Shown piece by piece: positions 23,733 to 24,000 of a stretch of DNA of 24,000 nt. This DNA is from an uncultured Photobacterium sp. (GTDB lineage: Bacteria; Pseudomonadota; Gammaproteobacteria; Enterobacterales; Vibrionaceae), in contig CAMQXY010000013.1 in the NCBI GenBank assembly GCA_947039005.1, positions 21,003 through 45,002 of the forward strand. Direction: 5' to 3'. The notes beneath the pieces were generated by a model. The model saw nothing but the letters and a program-made list of their open reading frames with translations. It was not told the DNA's origin and searched no databases. Numbering within the stretch: the stretch's first letter is position 1; the number at the start of each line of letters is the position of its first letter. A program made the position numbers and the translations under genes.

Positions 23733-24000
23733 TGAACTAGGTGAGGTGTTTTTGAATAAAAGCACAGTTTTGCATGAGGCAAAAAGGCGACATTGAGAGA
23801 CAAATTATTTGCGTTTAAGCATGCTTTATTTATAAGGCATGAACGATCAAAACTACGCAATAAATAGATCTATTACTAGTCTTTTTTGGTTATTTTATTA
23901 CGAATATGGCGTTGCTCACAAACTTGTTGTTATGTGCTTTTTTCAATTAAAAACCTTTGATACTAAGTACTGCATGTCGACACAGGTTTCTTTAGGAGGG

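Noticed and set aside
23654-23860. 68-aa minus-strand ORF upstream of the Dyp gene
   Set aside because: It lies in an AT-rich intergenic region, has no RBS and no recognisable motif, and its sequence is Cys/Asn/Leu-rich. It is most likely spurious.

Overview
Chromosomal segment of an AT-rich gammaproteobacterium. The gene content (second purA paralogue, bacterial TrmY homologue, YjjU/PldB, DtpC/D-type POT) resembles Vibrionaceae-like marine bacteria, but that is inference only. I support 20 protein-coding genes: 19 come from the ORF track, several with corrected starts, and one is a partial MATE transporter missing from the track. There are also several clear Rho-independent terminators, some inverted-repeat operator candidates and in-frame coding repeats. 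I see no rRNA, tRNA, CRISPR array, transposase, integrase or phage genes. Left to right: MATE efflux (partial), LysR, leaderless PhoD-like phosphoesterase, LEA-like 11-mer-repeat lipoprotein, NlpE-N-domain lipoprotein, LysR, divergent purA paralogue. Then a six-gene accessory-looking PTS cluster (IIA, IIB, IIC of the lactose/cellobiose family, an M24B and an M42 aminopeptidase, and a FrvR/LicR-type PRD regulator). Then a TrmY-like SPOUT methyltransferase, DtpC/D-type peptide permease, ABC1/UbiB-type kinase, YjjU-type patatin lipase, lysophospholipase L2, an orphan Cys-rich lipoprotein and a YfeX-type Dyp peroxidase. The best candidate for an undescribed system is the PTS cluster at about 8.6-14.9 kb: its only enzymes are two metallo-aminopeptidases and it has no glycosidase. 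It is the same unexplained PTS-peptidase pairing as E. coli frv/fry(ypdEF), rebuilt on a PTS of a different family. All family assignments rest on motif recognition from memory. No database search was possible.
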